DNA of 63,739 nt, filler included, from Klebsormidium nitens (taxonomy: Eukaryota; Plantae; Klebsormidiophyceae), in NCBI GenBank assembly GCA_000708835.1. It is 5 parts of 5 records of this genome, joined end to end, with 100 filler letters (N's around TTAATTAATTAA, not from the genome) between each part and the next. Parts side by side here need not be neighbours in the genome. Positions count along the whole stretch, not along the records: positions 30,497 to 55,858 come from DF237607.1; 4 more parts are not named here. The stretch is one strand, 5' to 3'. The position numbers were made by a program, and so were the translations under genes. Position 1 is the first letter of the stretch. Every line of letters starts with the position of its first letter. The notes beneath the pieces were generated by a model, which worked only from the letters and a program-made list of their open reading frames with translations, did not search any database and had not been told where the DNA came from. Below are positions 39,028 to 48,595 of this stretch, piece after piece.

Positions 39028-40230
39028 TCAACCGTTGTGTTGAGAATACCTCCAAATGAAGCCGGTCTTCTTCCCCCCGGTCTCTGCCGAACTTCGTATG
39101 AGGCTGCGTGCAAATCCACTTTCCTGTACAGCCTGTGCAACGGAGCCATATGTCTTGAGAAGGCGCCCTTCAAGATCGTACTGATGGACGATTCTGTTGC
39201 AACTTCGGTTCGTTGCCTGCTCCTCTTTAGTGGCCCAGCGCAGGTTGGTGAGAAGGTTGTCCTGGCAGTTACCGTTGATGTGATCCACAGTGTGCTCCGG
39301 ACTTGGGCGGGGGCCGAGAAAAGTAAATGCTATGATCACGTACACAAAACATTGTTTGGTCTTTGCTCCAATTTGGATGCCAACCTTGTGCCGGCCGTGG
39401 TGAATGAAACCGGTCGTACACCTTCCATTCTGCATTTGAACGCGGCCCATGTTGCTGACCCTCACGCCTTTGATGTGTTGTCCATCGTAGAGAGCATCTC
39501 TCCACACTTCACCTGACTGGTCTGCCTGTGTGGCCAGGTGATCTGGGCACCGCCGGAATACGTAGCCCTTCAATCCAATGATGGAAGCTCGCCTTATGTG
39601 CTTGCCAACCGTTTGATGGTGAAGCCCCAATCTCTTTGCAGCCTCTTTGATTGATTCATATCGTGTCTTTCTGCCACTTGCTAGGTGATGTGCGACCACT
39701 GGAAAGCCCACTGTCAATCCCCTCTTCTTGCCCGCTTGAGGGTTGTCTACCCGGGTTTTGCGGTTGTGCTCTTTCCTAGGAAGCTCCTGCAGATTCTTCC
39801 AGCTGTCGTCTTGAGGCGGGCGTTTGGAACCGTCTGGCGGAGACACAATGTGATCAATGTCCATACCGGGCCCTATTGGGCGGCCCATGGCAATCTCAAA
39901 GTTGAGGCGATGTTTTCGAACCCCTTTTCCATCAATCTCCAGCACCGTGTACCCTTCTTTCCTGTACCCCTTCTGGAAGCACCCAAGTTTGGTGTTCCAT
40001 ACTCGGCCGTCAGGAAGACCATAGATTTGCTTGTACTTGTAGTGTTGCTTCCAGCCTTGAAGATCCCTTGGGGGCGCATTCCGCTCAGTGTGGGTTAGCT
40101 GATGACGAGTGAAGCTTTGTTTGAAGCTGAATGACTGCAGACAACCCGGATACTCACAGACAAACCTCTCTTGGTCGTCGACCATGTCAAGCTTGCGCTT
40201 GATGCCAATTGTACTGGTCACGGTAGCCAT
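39028..40230 (-). CDS. C2H2 zinc finger plus two HNH/NUMOD modules (viral homing-endonuclease-like)
   Basis: CEYPGCLQSFSFKQSFTRHQLTH; IDHIVS..WKNLQELPRKEHN; VDHINGNCQDNLLTNLRW; NUMOD1-like YESIKEAAKRLG and YGSVAQAVQESG. Likely ATG at 40230. Confidence 0.85.
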   Translation of the reverse strand: MATVTSTIGIKRKLDMVDDQERFVCEYPGCLQSFSFKQSFTRHQLTHTERNAPPRDLQGWKQHYKYKQIYGLPDGRVWNTKLGCFQKGYRKEGYTVLEIDGKGVRKHRLNFEIAMGRPIGPGMDIDHIVSPPDGSKRPPQDDSWKNLQELPRKEHNRKTRVDNPQAGKKRGLTVGFPVVAHHLASGRKTRYESIKEAAKRLGLHHQTVGKHIRRASIIGLKGYVFRRCPDHLATQADQSGEVWRDALYDGQHIKGVRVSNMGRVQMQNGRCTTGFIHHGRHKVGIQIGAKTKQCFVYVIIAFTFLGPRPSPEHTVDHINGNCQDNLLTNLRWATKEEQATNRSCNRIVHQYDLEGRLLKTYGSVAQAVQESGFARSLIRSSAETGGKKTGFIWRYSQHNG

Positions 40231-40349
40231 GTCACAAAGGTATGCTTTCTTGACATTCTCGTTAGCCCTAAGTAACCCCACGTCATTTTGGCTAAAGCGG
40301 CCAGGTCAGCTTTAAGGCAAAGATTTCCTGTCCTAAGTGGTAGAGATGC

Positions 40350-42330
40350 ATGGAATCGCTGCCCACCATCTGTGGCCTGCTCATGGTGTTGGCTCTGCTG
40401 TACATCCTGACTGCGGACAGAGCTCGTGCAGAACACTTTGCGAGTAGACCGCCTCCCGCACCACCTGCCCGGCCGCCTCCCGCACCACCTGCCCGGCCGC
40501 CTCCCGCACCACCTGCCCGGCCGCCTCCTGCACCACCTGCGCGGCCGCCTCCTGCCCCACCTGCGCGGCCGCCTCCTGCCCCACCTGCGCGGCCGCCTCC
40601 TGCACCACCTGCGCGGCCGCCTCCTGCCCCCACCNNNNNNNNNNNNNNNNNNNNNNNNNNNNNNNNNNNNNNNNNNNNNNNNNNNNNNNNNNNNNNNNNN
40701 NNNNNNNNNNNNNNNNNNNNNNNNNNNNNNNNNNNNNNNNNNNNNNNNNNNNNNNNNNNNNNNNNNNNNNNNNNNNNNNNNNNNNNNNNNNNNNNNNNNN
40801 NNNNNNNNNNNNNNNNNNNNNNNNNNNNNNNNNNNNNNNNNNNNNNNNNNNNNNNNNNNNNNNNNNNNNNNNNNNNNNNNNNNNNNNNNNNNNNNNNNNN
40901 NNNNNNNNNNNNNNNNNNNNNNNNNNNNNNNNNNNNNNNNNNNNNNNNNNNNNNNNNNNNNNNNNNNNNNNNNNNNNNNNNNNNNNNNNNNNNNNNNNNN
41001 NNNNNNNNNNNNNNNNNNNNNNNNNNNNNNNNNNNNNNNNNNNNNNNNNNNNNNNNNNNNNNNNNNNNNNNNNNNNNNNNNNNNNNNNNNNNNNNNNNNN
41101 NNNNNNNNNNNNNNNNNNNNNNNNNNNNNNNNNNNNNNNNNNNNNNNNNNNNNNNNNNNNNNNNNNNNNNNNNNNNNNNNNNNNNNNNNNNNNNNNNNNN
41201 NNNNNNNNNNNNNNNNNNNNNNNNNNNNNNNNNNNNNNNNNNNNNNNNNNNNNNNNNNNNNNNNNNNNNNNNNNNNNNNNNNNNNNNNNNNNNNNNNNNN
41301 NNNNNNNNNNNNNNNNNNNNNNNNNNNNNNNNNNNNNNNNNNNNNNNNNNNNNNNNNNNNNNNNNNNNNNNNNNNNNNNNNNNNNNNNNNNNNNNNNNNN
41401 NNNNNNNNNNNNNNNNNNNNNNNNNNNNCCCCGCCTCCACCTTTAAAAGCACCTGCAAGACCTCCTCCTATACCATCAAAAGCGCCCGCTAGACCTCCTC
41501 CTATACCCCCAAAAGCACCTGCAAGACCTCCTTCTATATCCCCAAAAGCACCTGTAAGACCCCCGCCCCCACCGGCGAAAGCACCCACAAGACCTCTTGC
41601 AGCATCGAAGCTGCTCCCCAAAGTCATGCCTTCTCCTTCAACCCCGAAAGCCGTTTTAAAGCCTTCCCCACCGGCTCAAAAAGCCGCCCCGAAGCCCGCT
41701 CCATTGTCGAAGCTCCCTCAGGCCCAAAGATCGCCCCCAAAGCCTGCAACGTTCCAGCCTCCAGCACGAGGCGCAGCTGCCAAGCCCCCTCCTTCAGGCC
41801 CGAAGCCGGCCCCGCCGCCAAGAACTGTTCCTGTGCCTCGGATTCCCGCAGCAGCGCAGCGGCCTATTGCCGCTCTCACGCCTCCGAAACCTGCACAGTC
41901 CACACCGCCGCAACCCGTCCCACAAGCCCCTGCACCTCGCCAAGCTGTCAGAGAAGCATCTGTACATCAGGCCCCGAAACCTCCAAGTCAACCCCCTGCA
42001 CAGTTTTTGCCAGTCCAATCGAAAAAGCCTGGTGCCCCGGTCATTCCTGCAGGCACTACCACTCAAGGTCAAGCGATCAGGGCGCCTCCGGCTCAGAACC
42101 CAGTGAACAGCAGCATCCCCACAGGCACGGGGCTCAGTGTCAACCTGGCACCAAAGGATGCACGGAGCGAGAACGGACCCCCGAGACAGTACGTAAAGGC
42201 AATCGACGCAAGGCTGTTTGACTGCATGCGAGGCGAAGGAGGGACATTTGCGTGCAATGGCACCTACTCCGCCAGCCGTCGCCCGAAACCCACCTTTGAC
42301 ACTCTGCAGCATCTGGTGCGGGTCATGTAA
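40350..42330 (+). CDS. Secreted or surface proline-rich repeat protein (interrupted by gap 40635-41428)
   Basis: Hydrophobic N-terminus MESLPTICGLLMVLALLYILTA, RPPPAPPA repeats, KAPARPPP repeats after the gap, short Cys-containing C-terminal domain. Confidence 0.65.
40446..40634 (+). repeat. 24-bp coding tandem repeat (RPPPAPPA) running into the gap
   Basis: GGCCGCCTCC(C/T)GC(A/C)CCACCTGC(C/G)C repeated about 8 times. Confidence 0.9.
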
Positions 42331-42383
42331 GCAAGAACCTTCTCGTCTGGCACAAACCTTTTTTTACTTGGTAAGAGTACAGG

Positions 42384-43251
42384 ATGACGAGCGAGGCCAA
42401 AACGGGACATCCGCGAGCTGGCAGCAGAGCGGGGAATCAACCGGGCAAACGTCGAGGCGATCCTCAACAAGTTCCGGAGCCCCGAGGCACCCCCACTGCG
42501 CATCTCCGATCTGGACGAGTACATAACGGCTTTCACTCACAAGAGCACCTTAAAGGAATACAAAGCCACTCATGGTTCAAACGAACGGCTTGAACTCATG
42601 GGTGACTCTGTGCTTAGCCTGGTGGTGACAAAGTACATCTACGACCGGTACCCTCTGTGCGACGAGGGCTTTATCACCCGAATACGCACCAAACTGGTCT
42701 GCGGAGCCGCCCTGTCCGCGTGGGCATTGCAGCTGGGTCTCCAGAACCACATCATGATGAACCGAAAGGCCATGGACCAAGAATGGTACCTGAACCCGAG
42801 CAAGCTCGAGGACACGTTCGAGGCGTTCCTGGGAGCCCTGTTTGTCGACCAAGGTATTGCAGCGTGCAGGGACTTTGTCTACCCTATGCTCGATCAAAAG
42901 GACTTTGAGGAGGTTGAGAAGGATTGCAACTTCAAGGACGTTCTCATGCGGCACATGCAAGCGGTTTGGAGCAATGCGGTAGCTTCAGATGGTATCAGCC
43001 GAGCCCAATCAGACTTTATGCCACAGTATCAGGTGATTGCTGCCTGTGGGCCGGATCACATGCGGGTCTTTCATGTGAATGTAAGCATCGGAGGTTCCTT
43101 CATGGGTACGGGATCCGATCTGAAGAAGAAAGCGGCCGAGCAAGAGGCTGCTAGGCAGGCCTTGATCCGCATCACGAATCACGGGACGCTGCCCGTGTTC
43201 AGCAACAAGCAGACAATGTACTTGCCCGACATCGGTGAGTTGACATCTTGA
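42384..43251 (+). CDS. rnc: Ribonuclease III (RNase III plus dsRBD), phycodnavirus-like; +1 frameshift at AAAA 42399-42402
   Basis: AFTHKS..NERLELMGDSVL..EGFITRIRTKLV..LEDTFEAFLGA; dsRBD ending GSDLKKKAAEQEAARQAL. Removing one A links the ATG at 42384 to the main frame. Confidence 0.9.
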
Positions 43252-43256
43252 TAAGT

Positions 43257-43328
43257 TGATCACTTCATCACTTGATTACTTGATCACTTGATTCCTTGAT
43301 CACCTGATCGCTCGATCACTTGATCACT
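43257..43328. repeat. Nine-unit 8-bp tandem array TGATCACT between convergent RNase III and A32 stops
   Basis: tgatcact tcatcact tgattact tgatcact tgattcct tgatcacc tgatcgct cgatcact tgatcact; six GATC sites. Confidence 0.9.
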
Positions 43329-44100
43329 TGGACTTTCGGATTCTCACTCCGTTCACCTCTGTGATAGAGGACTTGTCTTCCTCCTGGCCGTAGCACTTTT
43401 TATGGAATGACCAGTATTCGGGCGCACCGAGCTTGAAAGGCTTGTGGATCTGTGCTTTGTACCAGAAGATGCAGTCTTCCGGGTTGGAAGATTGCAGAGT
43501 GTTGTCCAGAACCATGCACTCAAAGTCTGAAGTGCATGCCTTGTAGACAGCCTCAAACTGCTGAAACGACCTGAAGACCCCAAAGTAGTGCTCGTAGAAG
43601 CGCTTGCGGTTGTTCACTATCGGGTCATTGAAAACAAACACGTAGTCGCTGTTGGCACGGATTGCAGCTGGGATGTCCATCACCCATTGTGCCGCAAGGA
43701 TGAGTGTGATGTTGAAGTGCCTCCCATTCATGAACAGGAAGCGCATCGTATCACCCTTTAGTATCTTGGGGTTGAAGAGGCAATCGTCGAGGAGAAGGAA
43801 GCACTCCGAGTGCTTTGCATTCAAGCGCTTCAGGTTCTTCTGGCGGGCAATGAGCTTCTGTACGACGTCTTCGTCATATGCTCCATAGATAAAAGTGTCC
43901 GGAATGAACTGACGGTAGTAGCTGTTCCCGTCTTCCGTCCCCGACATCACGAGCCCTGCCGGTATTTCGCGCTTGCGATACAGGATATCGGTGATCAGTG
44001 TCGTCTTCCCTGTACCTCTGCGACCCACGACAACGATTGACTTATGGTCCTTGATCTTGGTCAGGTCAAACTTCTTGATGTTAAAGTCCCCTACTGCCAT
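43324..44100 (-). CDS. A32: Vaccinia A32-like virion packaging ATPase (NCLDV hallmark)
   Basis: GRRGTGKT, VMSGTE, FLLLDDC, LFMNGRHFNI, Q..MDIPAAIRANSDYVF, DCIFWYKA. Confidence 0.95.
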   Translation of the reverse strand: MAVGDFNIKKFDLTKIKDHKSIVVVGRRGTGKTTLITDILYRKREIPAGLVMSGTEDGNSYYRQFIPDTFIYGAYDEDVVQKLIARQKNLKRLNAKHSECFLLLDDCLFNPKILKGDTMRFLFMNGRHFNITLILAAQWVMDIPAAIRANSDYVFVFNDPIVNNRKRFYEHYFGVFRSFQQFEAVYKACTSDFECMVLDNTLQSSNPEDCIFWYKAQIHKPFKLGAPEYWSFHKKCYGQEEDKSSITEVNGVRIRKSK

Positions 44101-44162
44101 AGGATCAGTCTGCTTTGGCATTCGAAAAGATTTGGATGATCCAACCGATGCAAAGCGCCTGA

Positions 44163-45866
44163 CTACACGATAGACATAGGGATGGCTTCGTTCCTCTCCC
44201 CTGCGTCCAGGTTAAGCTGCGGAACTACCGGGTTTGGTTCATCCACGTCCATATCCGTCACCCCGTTGTTGTTGGACCGCACCTGAGCGTTTCTGATGTT
44301 CATCTGCAGCGGGGGGCCCGCAAGTTTCGGCTGAGGGCAGACCTTGCCGGAGCCAGGGAGTGGGCTCGCGGGGGCCTCAAAGAGCCTCTGTATGCTGTAC
44401 GCCTCTACTACGGTGCGCCCTGCAAGATCGACCATATCGACGATGTTGTACTTTGCATACTCTTGGAGAACGTCATTTGCACTCCCTGCGCCTGCCCGGG
44501 AAAGGTCGATCTTGCTGGATCTTGGAAACACACACTTTGACCTCAACGCTGACGGGTCGACCTCGTTGGACAACGAGATGGGGTAGTTGTAGTGGAAGCA
44601 TGAGGAGTATGTCGTGTGGATCTGAGCATCAAACGTCTGGGAACGCCTTGGGTCTCTCTGGAGGGCTGCTGCGACCTGCTGCGGAAGAGCACTTGCGAGG
44701 TTGAACGTCCGTTCGGAGCAGGCATTGAAAGAATCAAAGCTTGTCCACCTTTTCAATAGCTGCGAGATCTGTACCCACTTTCTCACTGGAGAGAAGCCAG
44801 CGGGTGAGCGGCCCCACTCATAGGCATCATGGACGACAAACGTTCCCCTCCTTGTCTGTCTTGGGATACCTGATGTCGTTAGGAGGTGGAGAAGGAACTT
44901 GTGTGCATCGACGTGAGCGTCCAGCTCCCTGCAAAAGGGTTCAAATATGTAAGAGAGCCCGACATCCATAAGAAAGCGGTTCGCGACACTGCCCGCATAG
45001 TGTGGCTTCAAACGGCCGAGGTGCATCGCCGTGTTGTTTGGGAATGCGTGTTTCACGCCATGGTCAAAGTCAAATATCTTTGGAAGCCATCCGTAGTACG
45101 GCACGTAAAAGACGTACCTGCGAAGGTCCCAGCTCACATACTCGTAAGCCCGCACCTTGGTATCGTCGGCCGGCTCTGGATACAGCATGACGTTGCCCAG
45201 GTGAAGGTCCAGATGCATGATGCCGGTTCTTACCATGCACTCAATCGTGTAAAGGACCTGGAAGATGACCATGGCAAGCTGCCTCTCGCTCAACAATGCA
45301 GGGCTGCCATCGCTTGGGAACAGGGCGTCCACCAGGCTGATTGCCCCAGGCTTGAAAAAGGTTGGCAGGATCATGTACTCTTTGCCAGACTGTACAGCCG
45401 CAGCAGCCTGTCTACTCTTTCTTTTAATGACGTTGATCACGTTGGGATTGGCTAAGTTGGCCTTTGCATTGGGGTGACGGAGATGCTCGAACATCTGGCA
45501 AACATGAGGCGTTGCACCATCCTCCAGGAAGTGGTTGGTGTACCGGTAGAGCAGTAGCTCAGTAGTGGCATCGCTGGCATCTGAGGGTTTGATTTTATCT
45601 GGGTCAACAGTGGAAGCATAGTACTTGCTGGCAACCCAGTTTCCATTCGGCCTGCTGCGGTCTGCAGGGCGCGCCCAGACGATGGCCCCAGATGCAGAGC
45701 CAGCTGCAGCTATAAGCTTGTTGGTCCGCAGCTTTATGGGCTTGTCCATGCTTGAATAATGCAGCAGAATATTTCTAAGCCTTGCATTGTAAATGGTCAA
45801 TTTTGCGTAAAGTTTATTACCGTTTTCGTCGAAAGTGTCACACCAAACCGCCCGGCTGGTTAACAA
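44163..45866 (-). CDS. NCLDV-type Ser/Thr protein kinase
   Basis: IFQVLYTI..GIMHLDLHLGNVML..PKIFDFD; intronless, 567 aa. Confidence 0.8.
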   Translation of the reverse strand: MLTSRAVWCDTFDENGNKLYAKLTIYNARLRNILLHYSSMDKPIKLRTNKLIAAAGSASGAIVWARPADRSRPNGNWVASKYYASTVDPDKIKPSDASDATTELLLYRYTNHFLEDGATPHVCQMFEHLRHPNAKANLANPNVINVIKRKSRQAAAAVQSGKEYMILPTFFKPGAISLVDALFPSDGSPALLSERQLAMVIFQVLYTIECMVRTGIMHLDLHLGNVMLYPEPADDTKVRAYEYVSWDLRRYVFYVPYYGWLPKIFDFDHGVKHAFPNNTAMHLGRLKPHYAGSVANRFLMDVGLSYIFEPFCRELDAHVDAHKFLLHLLTTSGIPRQTRRGTFVVHDAYEWGRSPAGFSPVRKWVQISQLLKRWTSFDSFNACSERTFNLASALPQQVAAALQRDPRRSQTFDAQIHTTYSSCFHYNYPISLSNEVDPSALRSKCVFPRSSKIDLSRAGAGSANDVLQEYAKYNIVDMVDLAGRTVVEAYSIQRLFEAPASPLPGSGKVCPQPKLAGPPLQMNIRNAQVRSNNNGVTDMDVDEPNPVVPQLNLDAGERNEAIPMSIV

Positions 45867-46078
45867 ATTCGTATCGAGAAGTTCATATATTGCAACCGAT
45901 GTATAATATATGAGATCGCAGAAAGCACATCTGCCCAGGGCAGGCTGCTAAAGCCCCAGCAATGGAAGGTGCCCAGCCCCACAGGACGTTGCCCCTAGGA
46001 GCTGGTGTCACCAGACCTTGGTGCGTTCAGATCTCGTGAAATTTTCCTAAGGAGAGTGTATAGCGGGGGCAAGCGGGC

Positions 46079-47956
46079 ATGCCTTCTAAGAAGCCCCCCC
46101 ACATTGCCCTGGAGCATGAGTGCTTGGCCTACGCTAGCAAGCTCTTCAAGGAGCCCACTCGCACTCGTGAGGACGTCAAGCTCCGTGCTCAGAGGAACAA
46201 GGACACCGAGTGTACAGTGGTCAAGACCAGCCTGAACAGCTTCTGCAAAGAGGCTGCAAGGGCCCTCCCTCTGGAGAATGTCCTCAAGGAGGTGAACAAG
46301 GCCATTTGCGAGGCTTACATCCTTGCTAACCTGCATGTATTGCGCATGTGTGAGCTGGGGAGAGAAGTGCCACCTCTCGATCAGTCCTTCTTCTATGGAT
46401 GCTTGTCTGCTGTTAGTGTGGCTGGGAGACAGAAGAGTCCGATCAAAGACCTCTTCTTTAGAGAGACCGTGGATCTCTATCTATCCTCACGCCCCCAGGG
46501 TTACAAGCCGCCAGATGGTGAGCATCTGGCTTCTGGATGGTATCAGAATGCCAGCCTGCAGATGAGTACATGCACCAAGAACTCTGTCTCTGTGAACTTC
46601 TACAGGCGCTTCAAGCGCTATCTCAAGCACAAGTACTCGCTGGATGGCTCAACGTGTTCTCAGAAGATGAAGAACATCCTGGCTGACACCTACGATGGAG
46701 ATGTCCCGCTGATTGTTAGATATCGCGCCATGCTTTCAAAGGCTATCGTTGGCAGGGCAGATACATCCCCTCACCTGCTCATGCCCATGCAATACATGTT
46801 TTTGCGCTACATAGAGTCCCACCACCCTCTGACGGAGGAGGCCCTCAAGAAGGGCAAGCAGCTGAGGCTCTTCAGCCTCCTTCCCACCAAGAGGGGCTTT
46901 GAGTGCAGTAACCTGAAGATGTGCACCAATGGCCTTTACGGGTTGCTGAAGCGAGGAGGCATTAGGCTGCCCGCTTTTGGTGCCGAGTTCCGGAAGTTGG
47001 CGGATGACTATTGGAGGCAGCTCTTTGAGATTGAGAAGTTTGAGACGAGCAGCAGGAAGTTTGCGGGCGAGATCTTCACGGATGGGAAGGCTGTTTGCAT
47101 CCTTCTGAGGAAGCCCAAGCCAAAGCAAGCTGCGAGAAGACCTCCTGCCAAGGATGATGGAGAAGAGCTGTGGGGCTTGGACCCAGGCAGAAGGGACCTC
47201 TTTGTCATGGTCAACGATGAGGGTGAGAAGCTAAAGTGCTCGACCAGGGAGTTCTACCACGATGCCAAGTACAAGCTGAGCAACGCCAGGGTCAAGGGTT
47301 GGTATGAGCAGAGCCCAGAGGTGCTTGAGGCGATCCGTAACATGCCTACCAAGAAGACTTCAGAGAGTGCCAAGCTGCTCAACTACGTGCAATTCATGCT
47401 TCCTCGGCTGGAAATGCTTCTGAGCTTCCACATGAGGAAGGGCTTCAGAGCTCTCAAGTTCAAGCGGTACATCTTTGCTCAGAAGAAGCTGCACGCCCTC
47501 TGCAAGTCGATCACCAGGCGAGTCGGGACCAAGACGGTGGTAGGCTTTGGAGACTGGTCCAACAAGGATTCCGGAGGGGTGAACAGAGGCTCGCCCTCCG
47601 GGCCAGTCAAGCGGCTTGAGCGAGAGCTCGGGAAGCATTGCCGAGTGGTCTCTGTGGACGAGTTCAGGACCAGCAAGCTGCACTTTGACTGCAAGATGGC
47701 ACTGCACAACCAGTTCTCTGAGAAGCGGTGCAAGGATGGGGCGGTGAAGACCGTTAAAGTTCACAGTGTGCTCCACTGCCGTAACAGTGGCTGTAATGGC
47801 ATGACGGTGAACCGAGACGTGAACGCTGCCCGAAACATCCTGGCGCTGCTGAAGGTGCAACTGGAAGGGGGCGTCCGACCGGCAGAGTATAGCCGGACGG
47901 CGCCTAGAGAAGTATCTGCGGATACCGGGCGTCATAACCCGGCGGTTCGTGGATAG
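46079..47956 (+). CDS. Fanzor: Fanzor (eukaryotic TnpB; Fanzor1-like) RNA-guided nuclease, intact, 625 aa
   Basis: TVVKTSLNSFC N-terminus; RuvC-I WGLDPG; GFGDWS; RuvC-II VDEFRTS; Zn-ribbon HFDC..CRNSGC; RuvC-III NRDVNAARNI. Confidence 0.92.
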   Translation: MPSKKPPHIALEHECLAYASKLFKEPTRTREDVKLRAQRNKDTECTVVKTSLNSFCKEAARALPLENVLKEVNKAICEAYILANLHVLRMCELGREVPPLDQSFFYGCLSAVSVAGRQKSPIKDLFFRETVDLYLSSRPQGYKPPDGEHLASGWYQNASLQMSTCTKNSVSVNFYRRFKRYLKHKYSLDGSTCSQKMKNILADTYDGDVPLIVRYRAMLSKAIVGRADTSPHLLMPMQYMFLRYIESHHPLTEEALKKGKQLRLFSLLPTKRGFECSNLKMCTNGLYGLLKRGGIRLPAFGAEFRKLADDYWRQLFEIEKFETSSRKFAGEIFTDGKAVCILLRKPKPKQAARRPPAKDDGEELWGLDPGRRDLFVMVNDEGEKLKCSTREFYHDAKYKLSNARVKGWYEQSPEVLEAIRNMPTKKTSESAKLLNYVQFMLPRLEMLLSFHMRKGFRALKFKRYIFAQKKLHALCKSITRRVGTKTVVGFGDWSNKDSGGVNRGSPSGPVKRLERELGKHCRVVSVDEFRTSKLHFDCKMALHNQFSEKRCKDGAVKTVKVHSVLHCRNSGCNGMTVNRDVNAARNILALLKVQLEGGVRPAEYSRTAPREVSADTGRHNPAVRG

Positions 47957-48049
47957 CCGGTGTTGAACTCCGGTATTATTATCGTTTTACCGCCTGAGAA
48001 GCGCCCGGTTCGGGCGACATTTTGGGCGAAAACGGTAATAATGGTCCCC
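47915..48049 (+). ncRNA. Predicted Fanzor omegaRNA scaffold overlapping the ORF end; guide predicted from ~48050
   Basis: Stems TACCGG 47923-28/CCGGTA 47970-75 and TTATTATCGTTTT 47976-88/AAAACGGTAATAA 48029-41, plus inner hairpin CGCCCG-GTT-CGGGCG. Homologous to 58655-58785. Confidence 0.75.
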
Positions 48050-48056
48050 ATATATA

Positions 48057-48595
48057 TCAACAAAGACAATAGTCCTCAGAAATGTGCAGGCCCCCATTCT
48101 CTTTGCCTAGCAGCCCTAGCACCTCGTCCCTGACTTTGAAGATCAGAGTGTCCCAATACCCATCCAGCTTTTCCAATTGCAGCCCGGTGTGCTGGGTGCT
48201 GACCTCTGCTGCCTGGCGATACTCCTTCTCAGTCCACTCAAATAGCTTGAAGGTCTGCCACTTGCACCCGGTAATAGCTGCGTCCCTCGCCCTCTGCACT
48301 TCATCGAATCTTCCAAAGAAGACCGGCAGGATCCTTCCCCGGCCTGCGAAGGTCTGCAGCTCCTTCATACACCACTCCCTCTCGAAAAAGCCCGCTGATA
48401 AGATGATAATGCCATATGTAGCAGTATCCATAGCCTTCTCCATCTCCTTCGCAGCATCTTCTCCAGGGTTCAAGGAGCGGTCATCGAAGAAGCAGTGCAA
48501 TCCCACATTCTCGAGCACCCTCAAGAGCCAGACCGCAAAGTCTCGCTTGCAATCTGCTCCACAGTGGCTGATAAATACGTCTTAGGTCCCCATCC
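48057..48595 (-). pseudogene. TIR domain fragment; no NB-ARC follows
   Basis: DVFISHCGADCKRDF..CFFDDRSL..IIILSAGFFEREWCMKEL..ILPVF. There is an in-frame TAA or 1-nt deletion just before DVFISH, and the ORF ends beside the Fanzor. Confidence 0.85.

Larger units (their letters stand above)
45912..48049 (+). mobile_element. Fanzor element; right end ~48049, left end uncertain
   Basis: Fanzor ORF plus structured 3' RNA. ATATAT occurs at 45906-45911 and 48050-48055, a possible target duplication. No TIR seen. Confidence 0.5.

Noticed and set aside
40280-40295. AAAATGAC on the minus strand upstream of the HNH gene as a viral early promoter
   Set aside because: A single imperfect match that does not recur upstream of the other viral genes.
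40446-40634. Regular repeats as a possible CRISPR array (also 43257-43328)
   Set aside because: Contiguous tandem units with no unique spacers and no cas genes; the first set is coding.
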